Shown one piece after another: positions 37,508-49,463 of a DNA stretch of 64,000 nucleotides. This stretch comes from Leucoraja ocellata (taxonomy: Eukaryota): assembly GCA_036785375.1 (NCBI GenBank), contig JAWMAR010000128.1, forward strand, positions 5,704,001 through 5,768,000. Direction: 5' to 3'. The position numbers and the translations under genes were made by a program. The notes beneath the pieces were generated by a model, which was not told where the DNA came from, made no database searches, and saw only the letters and a list, made by a program, of their open reading frames with translations. The stretch's first letter is position 1. Every line of letters starts with the position of its first letter.

Positions 37508-37893
37508 ATGGAGTTGAGAGTCGTCCTCAAGTCTACCTCCTCCCCCCTTCATTGGATGAGGTGGAGACGGATGAGACAGCCACCTTGACGTGCCTGGTCA
37601 CCAGATTCTCTCCTGCAGACATCTATGTGGCCTGGATGGCCAAGGACACCCTTCTGAAGACAGGGATCGTGAACCAGCCCGTGACCAAGGACACCAGGAA
37701 TGGGTGGAACACCATGACCAGTCAGTTGAAGGTTTCTCCAGAGGAGTGGAACAGTGGCACCACCTTCTCCTGTGTTGTGGGACACAGCTCCATCACAACC
37801 AGTCTATTCAGAAGCATCAATAAATCTCACAGCAAACCCACCCTGGTCAATGTCTCACTTGTTCTGACTGATAGCTTTAAATCTTGTGTATAA
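37508..37893 (+). CDS. IgW: IgW CH6 exon with canonical secretory tailpiece (long form)
   Basis: TCCCAG| DGVESRPQVYLLPPS...LTCLVTRFSPADIYVAW...EEWNSGTTFSCVVGH...KPTLVNVSLVLTDSFKSCV*; NVS sequon and penultimate Cys. Confidence 0.96.
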
Positions 37894-38185
37894 CATGATT
37901 CATTTCTCAAACATTTGTTTTGTTCATTTCTGGATTTATTACCTGACCCAGAGGATGATGGGTTAGCTCCCTAATACATCATCAAAATGTGAACCTTTGT
38001 AAATCATTAAAAACAAAATTCCACACGAGATACAAATTAAGCCACAGCCATGATTCACCACAAATGTCTGAGCTTCTGGATACATTTACAGAACATTTAC
38101 TGCCATGTTTGATCAGATTTCAACCCTGTATGAGATCACACGAGGTATTAAATCTATGTATTTGTCAATGTACCAATACAATTTC

Positions 38186-38191
38186 AATAAA
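38186..38191 (+). terminator. Poly(A) signal of the long secretory form
   Basis: AATAAA ~290 nt after the stop, followed by a GT-rich tract. Confidence 0.7.
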
Positions 38192-40416
38192 TATGATGTG
38201 AAACAGTGCGTGTCCTTGACTGGTGTGTTTTGACAATAGACAATAGGTGCAGGAGTAGGCCATTCGACCCTTCGAGCCAGCACCGCCATTCAATGGCTGA
38301 TCATGGCTGATCATCCCCAATCAGTACTCTGTTCCTGCCTTCTCCCCATATCCCCTGACTCCGCTATTGTTACGAGCCCTATCTAGCTCTCTCTTGAAAT
38401 TATCCAGAGAACCGGCCTCCACCGCCCTCTGAGGCAGAGAATTCCACAGACACACAACTCTCTGTGAGAAAAAGTGTTTCCTCGTCTCCGTTCTAAACGC
38501 TTATCCCTTATTCTTAAACTGTGTGCTGGACTCCCCCACCATCGGGAACATGTTTCCTGCCTCTAGCGTGTCCAAATCCTTAATGATCTTATATGTTTCA
38601 ATAAGATGATGTTTTGTTCAACAAGATAATGTTTTGGGCGGCAGTACATGAGTAAGTTGGGATGTGAGGTGTGCACATTCTAGCAGAAGCACATTCTGGG
38701 AGAAATAGATGTTGCTGGATCAATGTGTCCAAAACCTTCCACCATTGGGTGTTCTCACACCCACGCCTGGACCAGTTAAAGACAGAGATTGATTGTGGTC
38801 GTTGGTCGTTAACTCCATTATCACTGTGCCATGCGACTGTCAGTGTGACACAAGGTGAACTGATTGGACCATGGTCTTTCCCAGCCCAGCTGGGACAATG
38901 TACCTGATGCAAGCTCCCACATGGCAAACCAAATCTGGCCAGATCTCCTGCGTCAGGTAGTCCTTGCTTTCTCCCTCTTTCCCCGCCCCTCCCCAGCTCT
39001 CCCACAGCCCATCTGTGTTTAGCTGTTTGGTTTCAGGATAAATATTAGCTCAGGACTCTGAGCAGAACTCTTGTGGTCATGTCGTGGCATTGCTGACATC
39101 TACCTGAGAAGCACCTCCTTAAAGCCTCATCCCAAAGACAGCAGCTTTCATGAGGTGTCATTGCTCACCACTGAGCCGCACATGACATCTGTGTCTAACA
39201 AGGGGGATGGATGTTTGAGGAGTCTCTGTCCTCAGTGTGTGTGCACGGATGATGTTGAATAAAAGAGACAACTCATCATTGGTAACTCTTGTATTCCAAT
39301 GTTACAATTAAACATCTGCCTGTCGGTGCTTAAAGTAAATCTGTTCTTGAATCAGCTGCTACGTGCTTTCAAGCTTCTTGTATCTTCTGGAGAGGGGAGA
39401 AGAGACAATGACTGGGATGTGAGGGTTCCTCGATGATGTTGGCTGCTTTCCTGAGGCTGCGTGAGGTGTCGATGGTGAAAGGAGTAATGGTCTAGGGTGG
39501 GGGATGCAATGCCCATTGTGTGGGCCGAGGGTTGTTTAGTTTATTGTCACGTAGACTGAGGCACAGAGAAAATGCTTTTTTGTTGCGTGCTAACGTCAGC
39601 GGAGAGACTATATAATTACAGTCAAGCCATCCACAGTATACAGGCACATGATAAAGGGAATAACGTTTTGTGCAAGGTAATGTCCACTTAAACATAGTCT
39701 GAGGGTCTCCAGTGAGGTCGATAATAGTTCAGGACTGCGCTCTAGTTGGTGAGGGGATGGTCCAGTTGCTTGATAACAGCTGGGAAGAAACTGGCCCTGA
39801 ATCTGGAGGTGTGCGTTGTCACACTTCTATACCTTTTGCCTGATGGGAGAGGGGAGAAGAGGGAGTGGCCAGGGTGTGACTGGTCCTTGATGATGCTGCT
39901 GGCCTTGCCGAGGCAGCGTGAGGTGTAGATGGAGTCAGTGGAAGGAAGGTTAGTTTGTGTGATGATCTGGGCTGCGTCCACAATTCACTGCCATTTGTTG
40001 GATGGAGCTGTTCCCAAACCATGTGATGCATCCTGATAAAATGCTTTCTATGTTGCACTAAAATTGAATACCAATAAAGAATTGAACAACATGTAGTTTA
40101 TTGTGTTAGTGTTATTGTATCTGTATAAGTGTTGTGGAGAATGTATTGTGTTTGATTAAAGAAGTTAGAGTGTGCGCATAATTCAAACTCTGTATAAATG
40201 CTGAGTGGAATTTCAGAGCAGCAGGTAAGTGGGACGGTGCTGCGCTCCTTGTGCACAAGTCAAGAGAGGTTGTTCCTTGTGCACACGTCAATAAAGTGAG
40301 TCTGGAAAATGAATGCAAGTCGTCAGAGTCCAGTTGATCGGTGACGACAACACCAGACCTTGTCCGGTTTGAAAGCTTCCTATTTCTCATCTTTCTCCAA
40401 AACCCCTCCACTGAAG

Positions 40417-40683
40417 AGATTTGGATCAACAAGACCGCTACTGTGGTGTGCGTGGTAATGGGTGCTGACCTGAGCCAGGTCCAAATCTACTGGCAAGTGA
40501 GCGGAAGGGAGAGGACTACAGGGGCTGTGACCCGCCAACCGAGAGGGGAAAGGACCCAAGACAGAGTGAGCAGTAAACTCCGGAGCAGTGTGGAGGAGTG
40601 GACCAGTGGGGTGGAGGTTGTGTGCTCTGCCCAGCGATCTCCATCATCCTCACCAGTGTCAGCACGGCCAGAAAGTACCAAAG
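40417..40683 (+). CDS. IgW: Extra IgW constant exon, CH3 paralogue (5' boundary uncertain: 40357 or 40417)
   Basis: (FLQNPSTE)EIWINKTATVVC...YW...EEWTSGVEVVC...STK G|GTGGG; ~66% aa identity to CH3 by hand count; open frame. Confidence 0.72.
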
Positions 40684-40730
40684 GTGGGCGAGAGATACGG
40701 CAATGATACGGCCAACATTAGTTACCATGA

Positions 40731-41054
40731 AGGGCCTGTCCCACTTACGCAACTGTTTCAGTGACTGCCGGCGCCCGTCATAGGTCGTTCTAGGTCGGCA
40801 AATACTCCAGCGGTGACCAGAAAGACGCTACGACTCTTTGGGCGACTGAGGAGACGACTCACGACCATACAGGCGACACCCTGGCGACATGTCACGGGGT
40901 GAACCCTGTATGGTCGTGAGTAGTCGCCCAAAGAGTCGTGCCTTGTTCTGGTCGCCGCTGGATTTTCAACATGTTGAAAATTTTCGGCGACCTGTAACGA
41001 CCGATGACGGGTGCCGGCAATCGCCGATAAAGTCACGTAAGTGGGACAGGCCCT
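40731..41054. mobile_element. Harbinger-family MITE, complete
   Basis: Perfect TIRs AGGGCCTGTCCCACTTACG/CGTAAGTGGGACAGGCCCT with 3-bp TSD TGA (40728-40730, 41055-41057). Confidence 0.9.
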
Positions 41055-41096
41055 TGAGGAAGCGGGTCTCACATCTACTTTGCTCCTCTGTTCCAG

Positions 41097-41414
41097 TTGA
41101 AACAAAAAGACCCAAGGTCAGACTGCTGCCTCCAGCTCATCAAGAGACCAAGCGTAGCCACACAGCCACCCTCGAGTGTGTGCTCTCTGGTTTCTACCCG
41201 AACCTCATAAACGTCACTTGGGAGAGAGACGGAGCCCCGATCTCCTCCACCACCAGCGCTACACCGACTGCTCTGGAGCAAGGGGGGACTTTCAGTGCCA
41301 GCCACTTCCTGACTGTGAGTTCAGAGGATTGGAAGAAAGGCTCAGTCTTCGGCTGTACAGTGTCACATCCCCCCTCGAACACCAGTATCAGCCGGGAAGT
41401 GAAAAGCTTTCAAG
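41097..41414 (+). CDS. IgW: Extra IgW constant exon, CH4 paralogue
   Basis: TTCCAG| VETKRPKVRLLPP...LECVLSGFYPNLINVTW...FGCTVSH...FQ G|GTACG; same length as CH4, ~71% aa identity by hand count; intact splice sites. Confidence 0.88.
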
Positions 41415-43434
41415 GTACGGTGCTGGGATTCACTCTAATGATCACATCTTTTGCCCCTCACAAAATAGGGCCAAGCAGGTATAACACTGAAGGACAGGTG
41501 TTGCAGTGTATGTGTGTGTGAGTGATAACCAAGAGGCCTAGACTAGGACACAATGCTATATATTTCTGTGCTTTCACAACTTCAGTTTCTTTCAAAACAC
41601 CTCAGTGGCCAGGACACTGAGAAGACCAAGCCTGCTGTTCCTCAAAATTAGTGTCTCAGCGTCAGCCCACTCATTGTTGTCAGCCCTCTGTGTGTGGCAT
41701 CTCAGACTAGTTGTCTTGCTGCTAATTTGAAGAGTGGGGTCGAGTATTTGTATTTGTACAATTGTTTGTCGACACAGGAAAAGAGGTCCATCAGAAAGTC
41801 CATTGTGTGGATAGAGCTGGGTACAAGCGTGTTGGCATTGGAGTGATCATGGAGTCATAGATTTATACAGTACGGTAACAGGCCCTTCAGCTCAGCTTGC
41901 CTTTGCCAACGAAGGTGCCCGATCTACGCTAGTCCCGTCTCCCCGTGTTTGGCCCAAATCACTAATCATCTCATGTACATAAGTGAGAGATGCAGAATTA
42001 AGCCATTCGGCCCATCAAGTCTACTCCGCCATTGAATCATGGCTGATTTATCTCTCCTTCCTAACCCCATTCTCCCCTTGACACCAATTCTCCGTCAGGG
42101 TTTGGCGTTGGTGTTCCATCAGCCCGGCGTGAGAGCCTGAGCATCGGGCCTCCCGTGGCGGCGACTGCGGGTGCTCGGGTGGCCCCGACCATGGGTGAAC
42201 ATCTGGGAAGATCGGAGGGGCGGCTGGCTGGACTATGGTACCTTCCTCAACTTTGGTGCCACTGTGTTGTGTTGTGGTTATGTTGTGCGTGGACTTGTGT
42301 GTTTGTGCTTTTTTTAAATTTAATATGTTTTATTTATTTATTAACTGTTTTATGATACTTGATTGTAAGGAAAATTCATTTTGTTGTCTCTAATATGAGA
42401 TAATGACAATAAATTGAATACAGTACAATACTAATCAAGAATCTATTTATCACTGCTATAAAAATACCGAATGAGTGGGCCTTCTGTGGCAATGAATTCC
42501 TCAGATTCACTACCCTGTGACTAAAGAAATTCCTCCTCATCTTCCTAAAGGGACATCTTTTAATTATGAGGCTATGGCCCTAGAATCTCCCATGAGTGGA
42601 ATCATCCTCTCTACATCTGCTCTATCCAGGCCTTTCACTATTGGTCCTATCCATGTACCTGTCCAAATAATAATAATTTCCTCCCGCAGCACATTCCATG
42701 TACCCAGTGCCCTCTGTGTGAAAACGTTGCCCCTCAGATTCCCATTAAATCTGTCCCCCCTCACCTTAAACCAATGTCCTCTGGTTCTTGATTGCCCTAC
42801 TCTGGGCGAAGGAGCCTGGTAGTACATCTGTGTGTCTAACCATCTCGTGCACTCTGTCAAATGTGGTTATCTCCTCTTGTGATATTGTGCCGATAGTAAC
42901 AAGACCATGTTGTAGTTAGTTGAGCAGTTGCTACTCTTGAGGAAAGGGAATGTCTCTCCAGAAAGTCACTGCTATTCAGTGTCTTGTGTAGACTGGTGTT
43001 CCACGGTTCACATTGGCGCACATTACTCAGCCAGGGAGAGAACGTCAACTAAGAATGAAAATGGATTCCAGACCAAATCCATATCAAACATAACTTTTTG
43101 GTTAAACATAACTGGTTGCATCGTGGCTTAGTTCGGCAACTTGAACGTCTGGGAGCAGAAAATAATGCAGAAAGTTGTGACCACATCGGCTCTGACCTCA
43201 CCATCAAAGGGATCTAACGCAGTCGCTGCCTCAAAAAGGCTGCCAACTTCATGAAAGACCCACACCATCCTGGCCACACACTCATCTCTCCGTTGCCATC
43301 GGGAAGAAGATACAGGAGCTTGAAATCTGGAACATCCAGGCTCAGGAACAGCTACTTCCCCACAGCCATCAGGCCATCAAACAAACTCTGAACAATAACA
43401 GCCTATTGCACTTTATCTGTTTATTTATTGTGTA

Positions 43435-44380
43435 TCTATATTACTAAAAGTCTGATCTTGACCACTTCCTGTTGTTCTGTATATTGATTTTAGAAATAAA
43501 ACACTGCCACTTAACAGCTGTGATGTTTGGCCATCTTACTCAGAATCCCCTTCCCCCGCGCAGGACAAGAGGTTTTTTCCCCATTGATAAAAAATAAAAG
43601 AGTTATTAGTGTTTAAAAAAATGTTGAGATTCTCCCTCCTGAAGGCCACACCCCTTCGGAGGGACTATAAAACCCAGAAGTGTTGAGTGCCTCAGTCAGT
43701 CTCTGCAAGATGGGGGAGCGAGGGGGTCACGTCTCTCAGTCTGAGCTGTGAATAACACTGAACACATGTCTACTAAACGGTGGTTTTACTGACCTGTCAG
43801 GGCCCTTAATGTGGTTTGAAAATATAGTTTGGAAATGCTAAAGCTGTGTTGCCTTTGGTTTGGAAATGCTAAAGCTGTGTTGCCTTCGGTTTGGAAATGC
43901 AAAAGCTGTGTTGCCTAATTAAAGTTGCCTTGCCTAATTAAAGTTGCCTTGCCTAATTAAAGTTGCCTTGCCTTCTACATAATTAAAAGTCTAATCTTGA
44001 CCACTTCCTGTTTGCGCTTTATATTGATTTTAGAAAAAACGCTACCGCGTACGGCTGCGTACGGCTGCGATTTTTGGTCATCTTACTCAGCGTCTCCCTC
44101 CGCTCATCAGGTGCCGAGGATTTTTCCCATCGATGAAAAAAGAAGAGTTATTAGTGTTTAAAAAATGTTGAGATTCTCTCTCTTGTCAATCACGCCATGA
44201 AGGCAATGACCCTTCTGGTGGGTAGGGGGAGGGACTATAAAACCCAGAAGTGTGGGCGTGGCTCAGTCTCTGCAAGATGGAGGAGGGAGAGGTCACGACT
44301 CGCTGTCTTTAGTGGCCTTGCTTGAAATGGTATGAAACTGCACTTGAATTTGGTGGCATTGCACCCTGGTTGAAGTGGTA
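43435..44380 (+). mobile_element. Helitron-like element with tandemly duplicated 5' unit and internal minisatellites
   Basis: A|TCTATATTACTAAAAG start; second unit TCTACATAATTAAAAG at 43974; 3x ~30-mer GTTTGGAAATGCTAAAGCTGTGTTGCC and 3x 19-mer CTAATTAAAGTTGCCTTGC. Confidence 0.55.
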
Positions 44381-45948
44381 AGAATTTGGTCCCCTAATTT
44401 GAGGAAGGACATTCTTGCTATTTGAGGGATTGCTGCGTAGGTTTACAAGGTTAATTCCCGGGATGGCGGGACTGTCATATGCTGAGAGAATGGAGCAGCT
44501 GGTCTTGTACACTCTGGAGTTTAGAAGGATGAGAGGGCATCTCATTGAAACATATGATTGTTAAGGGCTTGGACACGCTAGAGGCAGGAAACATGTTCTC
44601 GATGTTGGGGGAGTTCAGAACCAGGGGCCACAGTTTAAGAATAAGGCGTTTAGAACAGAGATGAGGAAACACGTTTTCTCGCAGAAAGTGGTGTCCGTGG
44701 AATTCTCTGCCTCAGAGGGCGGTGGAGGCAGGTTCTCTGGATGCTTTCAAGAGAGAGCTAGATAGGTCTCTTAAAAATAGCAGAGTCAAGGGATATGGGG
44801 AGAAGGCAGGAACGGGGTACTGATTGGGGATGATCAGCCATGACTCAAGAAGGCTGACTCAAGGCTGACTCAAGAATGTCCTTCCTCAAATTAGGGGACA
44901 AAACGTGCACACAATACTCCAGGTGTGGTCTCACCAGGGCCCTGTACAACTGCAGAAGGACCTCTTTGCTCCTATACTCAACTCCTCTTGTTAAGAAGGC
45001 CATTCACTTTCTTCACTGCCTGCTGTACCTTCATGCTTACTTTCATGATGCTGAATAGGTTGTAATTTAGAAGGCTAACGGAAGATTTGTTTGATGTTTT
45101 CACAAAGTTAATGGGAGCTAACAGAATGGATTATCCTGGGATGATCTATTTATACATCTCTGCATTCAGGCACAGTGTCTTCCCAGCTGTTATCAGGCAA
45201 CTGAATCATCCTACCACAACCAGAGAGCGGTCCTGAACTACCATCTACCTCACTGGAGACCCTCGGACTATCTTTGATCGGACTTTATTGGTTTTACCTT
45301 GCACTAAACGTTATTCCCGTATCATGTATGTATACACTGTAAATGACTTATTTGTAATCGTGTTTTGTCTTTCCACTGACTGGTTAGAACGCAACAAAAG
45401 CTTTTCACGTGACAATAAACTAAACTAACTAGATAGGAGGAATTATTTTTTACTTGTGTACAGTGTTCCCTGGGTTACAAATGATCTCCCTGATTTATGG
45501 AAATCCAACTTTATACCGAGTTCAGGGTCTAAAAGTTAAAGGCAGCCATGCAGCACGGAAGAGGGTCATGGCTTCTGAGGAAGGGTCTTGACCCAAAACC
45601 TCACCCATTCCTTCTCTCCAGAGATGCTGCCTGTCCTGCTGAGTTACTCCAGCTTTTTGTGTCTATCAGAGGCTGATGGAAGTTTGGAATTACCTTCCAC
45701 AGTTGGCATTTGGTTCCAGGTCTGAAGATGATTTTAAATCTGAGATTGCAGAGTTTGACTATACGAGATGTTAATGGATGTGGGGAAAAGTCATAGATGA
45801 TAGATCTCCACATATCATTGAACAGTGGAACTGACCCGAACCTCCTGTCTTCCTGTCCTCCTGTTGTCTTCATTTTATTCACACGTTGTTGATCTTCACA
45901 AAACATCGGCGGCAAACTAACTGTCTCACCTTCTCATTTGTCCTGAAG

Positions 45949-46088
45949 CCGGCACAGACTTGACAGGAGAAGAAGGGAAGGAGGAACTGGGGGACTTGGA
46001 TGGAGATGAAAATGTGTTCGCAGTTGCTGTCTTCGCCACTCTGTTCATTATCAGTTTCCTCTACAGTACCTTCGTCACCGTTGTCAAG
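45949..46088 (+). CDS. IgW: IgW transmembrane exon TM1
   Basis: CCTGAAG| AGTDLTGEEGKEELGDLDGDENVFAVAVFATLFIISFLYSTFVTVVK |GTAAC; acidic spacer plus antigen-receptor TM motif (LF..S..YST.VT..K); missed by the ORF track. Confidence 0.95.
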
Positions 46089-46139
46089 GTAACGATGACC
46101 AACGACAGAGATACTTTGTGACCCCCCCCACACTGTGAG

Positions 46140-48425
46140 TTACTTAGAGGTTGGTAGATATGACATGGTCGGGATTACTGAGACGTGGCTGCAGGAGGAT
46201 CGGGCCTGGGAACAATATTCAGGGTTATACATCCCATAGAAAGGACAGGCAGGTGGGCAGAGGAGGGGGGGGGGGGGTAGCTCTGCTGGTGAGGGATGGA
46301 ATTCAGTCCCTTGCAAGGGAAGACATAGGGACTGAAGAGGCAGAGTCACTGTGGATTGAGTTGAGGAATTGTAAAGGCAAGAAGACACTAATTGGTGTTA
46401 TCTACAGACCCAAATAGTAGCCCGGATGTAGGGTGTAAGTTACAGCAGGAGTTAAAACTGGCATGGAACAAAGGTAATGCCACTGTGGTGATGGGGGATT
46501 TCAATATGCAGGTAGACTGGGAAAATCAGGTTGGTTCAGGACCCCAAGGAAGAGAGTTTGTAGAATGCCTCCGAGATGGATCCTTAGAGCAGCTTGTAAT
46601 GGAGCCGACCAGAGAAAAGGCAATTCTGGATTTAGTGTTGTCCAATGAACCAGAGATGATAAGAGAACTAAAGGTAAAGGAACCGCTTGGAGGTAGTGAT
46701 CATAATATGATTAGATCTGCAATTTGATAAGGAGAAGGTTAAATCGGAAGTGTCAGTGATGCAGTTGAACAAAGGGGACTGTGAAGGCATGAGAGAGGAG
46801 CTGGCCAAGGTAGACTGGAAAGGGATCCTAGCAGGAATGACGGTGGAACAGCAATGGCAGGAATTTCTGGGCATAATCTGGAAGACGCAGAATCATTTCA
46901 TTCCAAAAAGGAAGAAAGATTCTAAGGGGAGTAGGAGGCAACCGTGGCTGACAAGAGAAGTTAGGGATAGAATAAAACTAAAAGAAAAGATGTATAACAC
47001 AGCAAAGAGTAGCCGGAAGCCAGAGGATTCGGAAACTTTCATAGGACAACAGAAGGAAACAAACACAATCTCCCAGATGTACTGGAGGACTGAGGATCTA
47101 AGGGGGTAGAGGAACTGAAATAAATTTTCATTAGGTGAGAAATAGTATTGGGTAGGCTAATGGGACTGAAGGATGATAAATCCCCTGGGCCTGATGGACT
47201 GCATCCCAGGGTCCTCAGGGAGGTGGCTCTAGAAATATTGGATGCATTGGTGATCATTTTCCAATGTTCAATAGATTCAGGATCAGTTCCTGTGGATTGG
47301 AGGATAGCTAATGTTATCCCACTTTTCAAGAAAGGAGCGAGAGAGAAAACGGGGAATTACAGACCAGTTAGCCTGACTTGGGTGGTGGGAAAGATGCTGG
47401 AGTCAATTATTAAAGAGGTAATAATGGGGCATTTCAATAGCAGTAAAAGGATTACCATATATATTAATGATTTGGAAGAGGGAATTAAGAACAACACTAG
47501 CAAGTTTGCGGATGACACAAAGCTGGGTGGCAGTGTGAACTGTGAAGAGGATGTTAGGAGGTTACAGTGTAACCTAGACAGGTTGAGTGAGTGGGCAGAT
47601 GAGTGGCAGATGCAGTATAATATAGATAAATGTGAGGTTATCTGCTTTGGTGGCAAAAACAAGGGGGCAGATTATTATCTCAATGGGGTTAGGTTAGGTA
47701 ACGGGGAAGTACAGCGAGACCTGGGCGTCCTTGTACACCGGTCACTGAAAGTTGGCATGCAGGTACAGCAGGCAGTGAAGAAAGCTAATGGAATGTTGGT
47801 CTTCATAACAAGAGGATATCAGTATATGAGTAAAGAGGTTCTTCTGCAGTTGTATAGGGCTCTGGTGAGACCACATCTGTACAGTTTTGGTCTCCTAATT
47901 TGAGGAAGGACATCCTTGTGATTGAGGCAGTGCTGCATAGGTTCACGAGATTGATCCCTGGGATGGCGGGACTATCATATGAGGAAAGATTGAAAAGACT
48001 AGGCTTGTATTCACTGGAGTTTAGAAGGATGAGGGGGATCTTATAGAAACAAATAAAATTATAACAGGACTGGACAAGCTAGATGCAGGAAAAATGTTCC
48101 TTATGTTGGGCGAGTCCAGAACCAGGGGCCACAGTCTTAGAATAAAGGGGAGGCCATTTAAGACTGAGGTGAGAAAATACTTTTTCACCCAGAGAGTTGT
48201 GAATTTGTGGAATGCCCTGCCACAGAGGGCAGTGGAGGCCAAGTCACTGGATGGATTTAAGAGAGAGTTAGATGGAGCTCTAGGGGCTAGTGGAATCAAG
48301 GGATATGGGGAGAAGGCAGGCACGGGTTATTGATTGGGGATGATCAGCCATGATTACAATGAATAGCGGTGCCGGCTCGAAGGGCCGAACGGCCTCCTCC
48401 TGCACCTACTTTTTATGTTTCTATG
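46140..48425 (+). mobile_element. CR1 LINE (endonuclease to 3' end, internally deleted) in the TM1-TM2 intron
   Basis: GITETWL, GGGVALLV, MGDFN and SDH endonuclease motifs, then RT and 3' tail. Confidence 0.9.
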
Positions 48426-48583
48426 GGACCCTTCACATCCCCCTGGTCTTTGAACCTTTCCTCTTTACTCCTGTCCTCTGGGCCTTGATACAGCAAACAT
48501 TCATAGAACGTTGGGTATTTGGGGCAATGACCCTGGGCTCAAACAAGGAAATCAAACAAACGTTGTATTCATGTCAAATGTTG

Positions 48584-48903
48584 TGCGGCACGGTGGCGCA
48601 GCGATAGAGCTGCTGCCTTACAGCACTAGAGACCCGGGTTCCATCCAAGTCAAGTCACAGACGGGTGCTGTCTGTACGGAGTTTGTACATTCTCCCCGTG
48701 ACCTGCGTGGGTTTTCTCCGACATCTTCGGTTTCCTCCCAAACTCCAAAGATGTACAGGTTTGTAGGTTAATTGGCTTGGTGTAAATGTGAAAAATTGTC
48801 CCTAGTGTGTGTAGGGTAGTGTTAATGTGCGGGGATCGCTGGTTGGCACAGTCTCGATGGGCTGAAGGGCCTGTTTCCATGCTCTATCACTAAACTACAA
48901 CTA
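48584..48903 (+). mobile_element. tRNA-derived V-SINE (HE1-like)
   Basis: GGCACGGTGGCGCAGCG A-box, GGTTCCATCC B-box-like, central GTACGGAGTTTGTAC domain, CTAAA tail. Confidence 0.75.
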
Positions 48904-48976
48904 ACAGGGTACTCTGTATCTGAAACCTGAGCCCAAGTACAGAACCTCTCTTCAGCCCACAACTGGTATTCAGACT

Positions 48977-49173
48977 GGTTACACAGAAAAGCTGGAGAAA
49001 CTCAGCGGGTGCAGCAGCATCTATGGAGCGAAGGAAATAGGCAACGTTTCGGGCCGAAACCCTTCTTCAGACTGAGGGTCTGAAGAAGGGTTTCGGCCCG
49101 AAACGTTGCCTATTTCCTTCGCTCCATAGATGCTGCTGCACCCGCTGAGTTTCTCCAGCTTTTCTGTGTAACC
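48977..49173. repeat. Perfect 96-bp inverted repeat (Penelope-like terminal repeat, head-to-head)
   Basis: Arms 48977-49072 and 49078-49173 are exact reverse complements with a 5-nt loop; flanked by 16-bp direct repeats ACTGGTATTCAGACTG (48962-48977, 49209-49224). Confidence 0.92.
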
Positions 49174-49463
49174 TTCGATTCTCCAGCATCTGCAGTTCCC
49201 TCTTAAACACTGGTATTCAGACTGTTGAGTTGACCTGGGCCACTAATGAAAGACCACCTGTCCATGAGGGTCCATCTCCCACACTCATGCACAGACTACC
49301 AATCCTCGAGGGTCCTAGAAAAGGTGCAGACCCCTTGTCCATGAGGGTCCATCTCCGAGGTTCAGGACAGACTGTCTGTGATTTAGTTTGCCTGTCCCTG
49401 CAGATCACCATCTGTGCTGCACCTTGCCACACACAATATCTAACTTTCTTGTGTATATTACAG

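Noticed and set aside
19488-37893. IgNAR, IgM or TCR-delta identity for the cluster
   Set aside because: Conventional VH with full FR2/CDR2, CH1 with light-chain Cys, six CH exons and the Cys-rich short tail all indicate IgW
41415-41730. Read-through or small phase-1 exons after the CH4 paralogue as secretory tails
   Set aside because: No tailpiece motif or nearby poly(A) signal; unsupported
43826-43972. Short tandem repeats as a CRISPR-like array
   Set aside because: Eukaryotic minisatellite without unique spacers, inside a Helitron-like repeat
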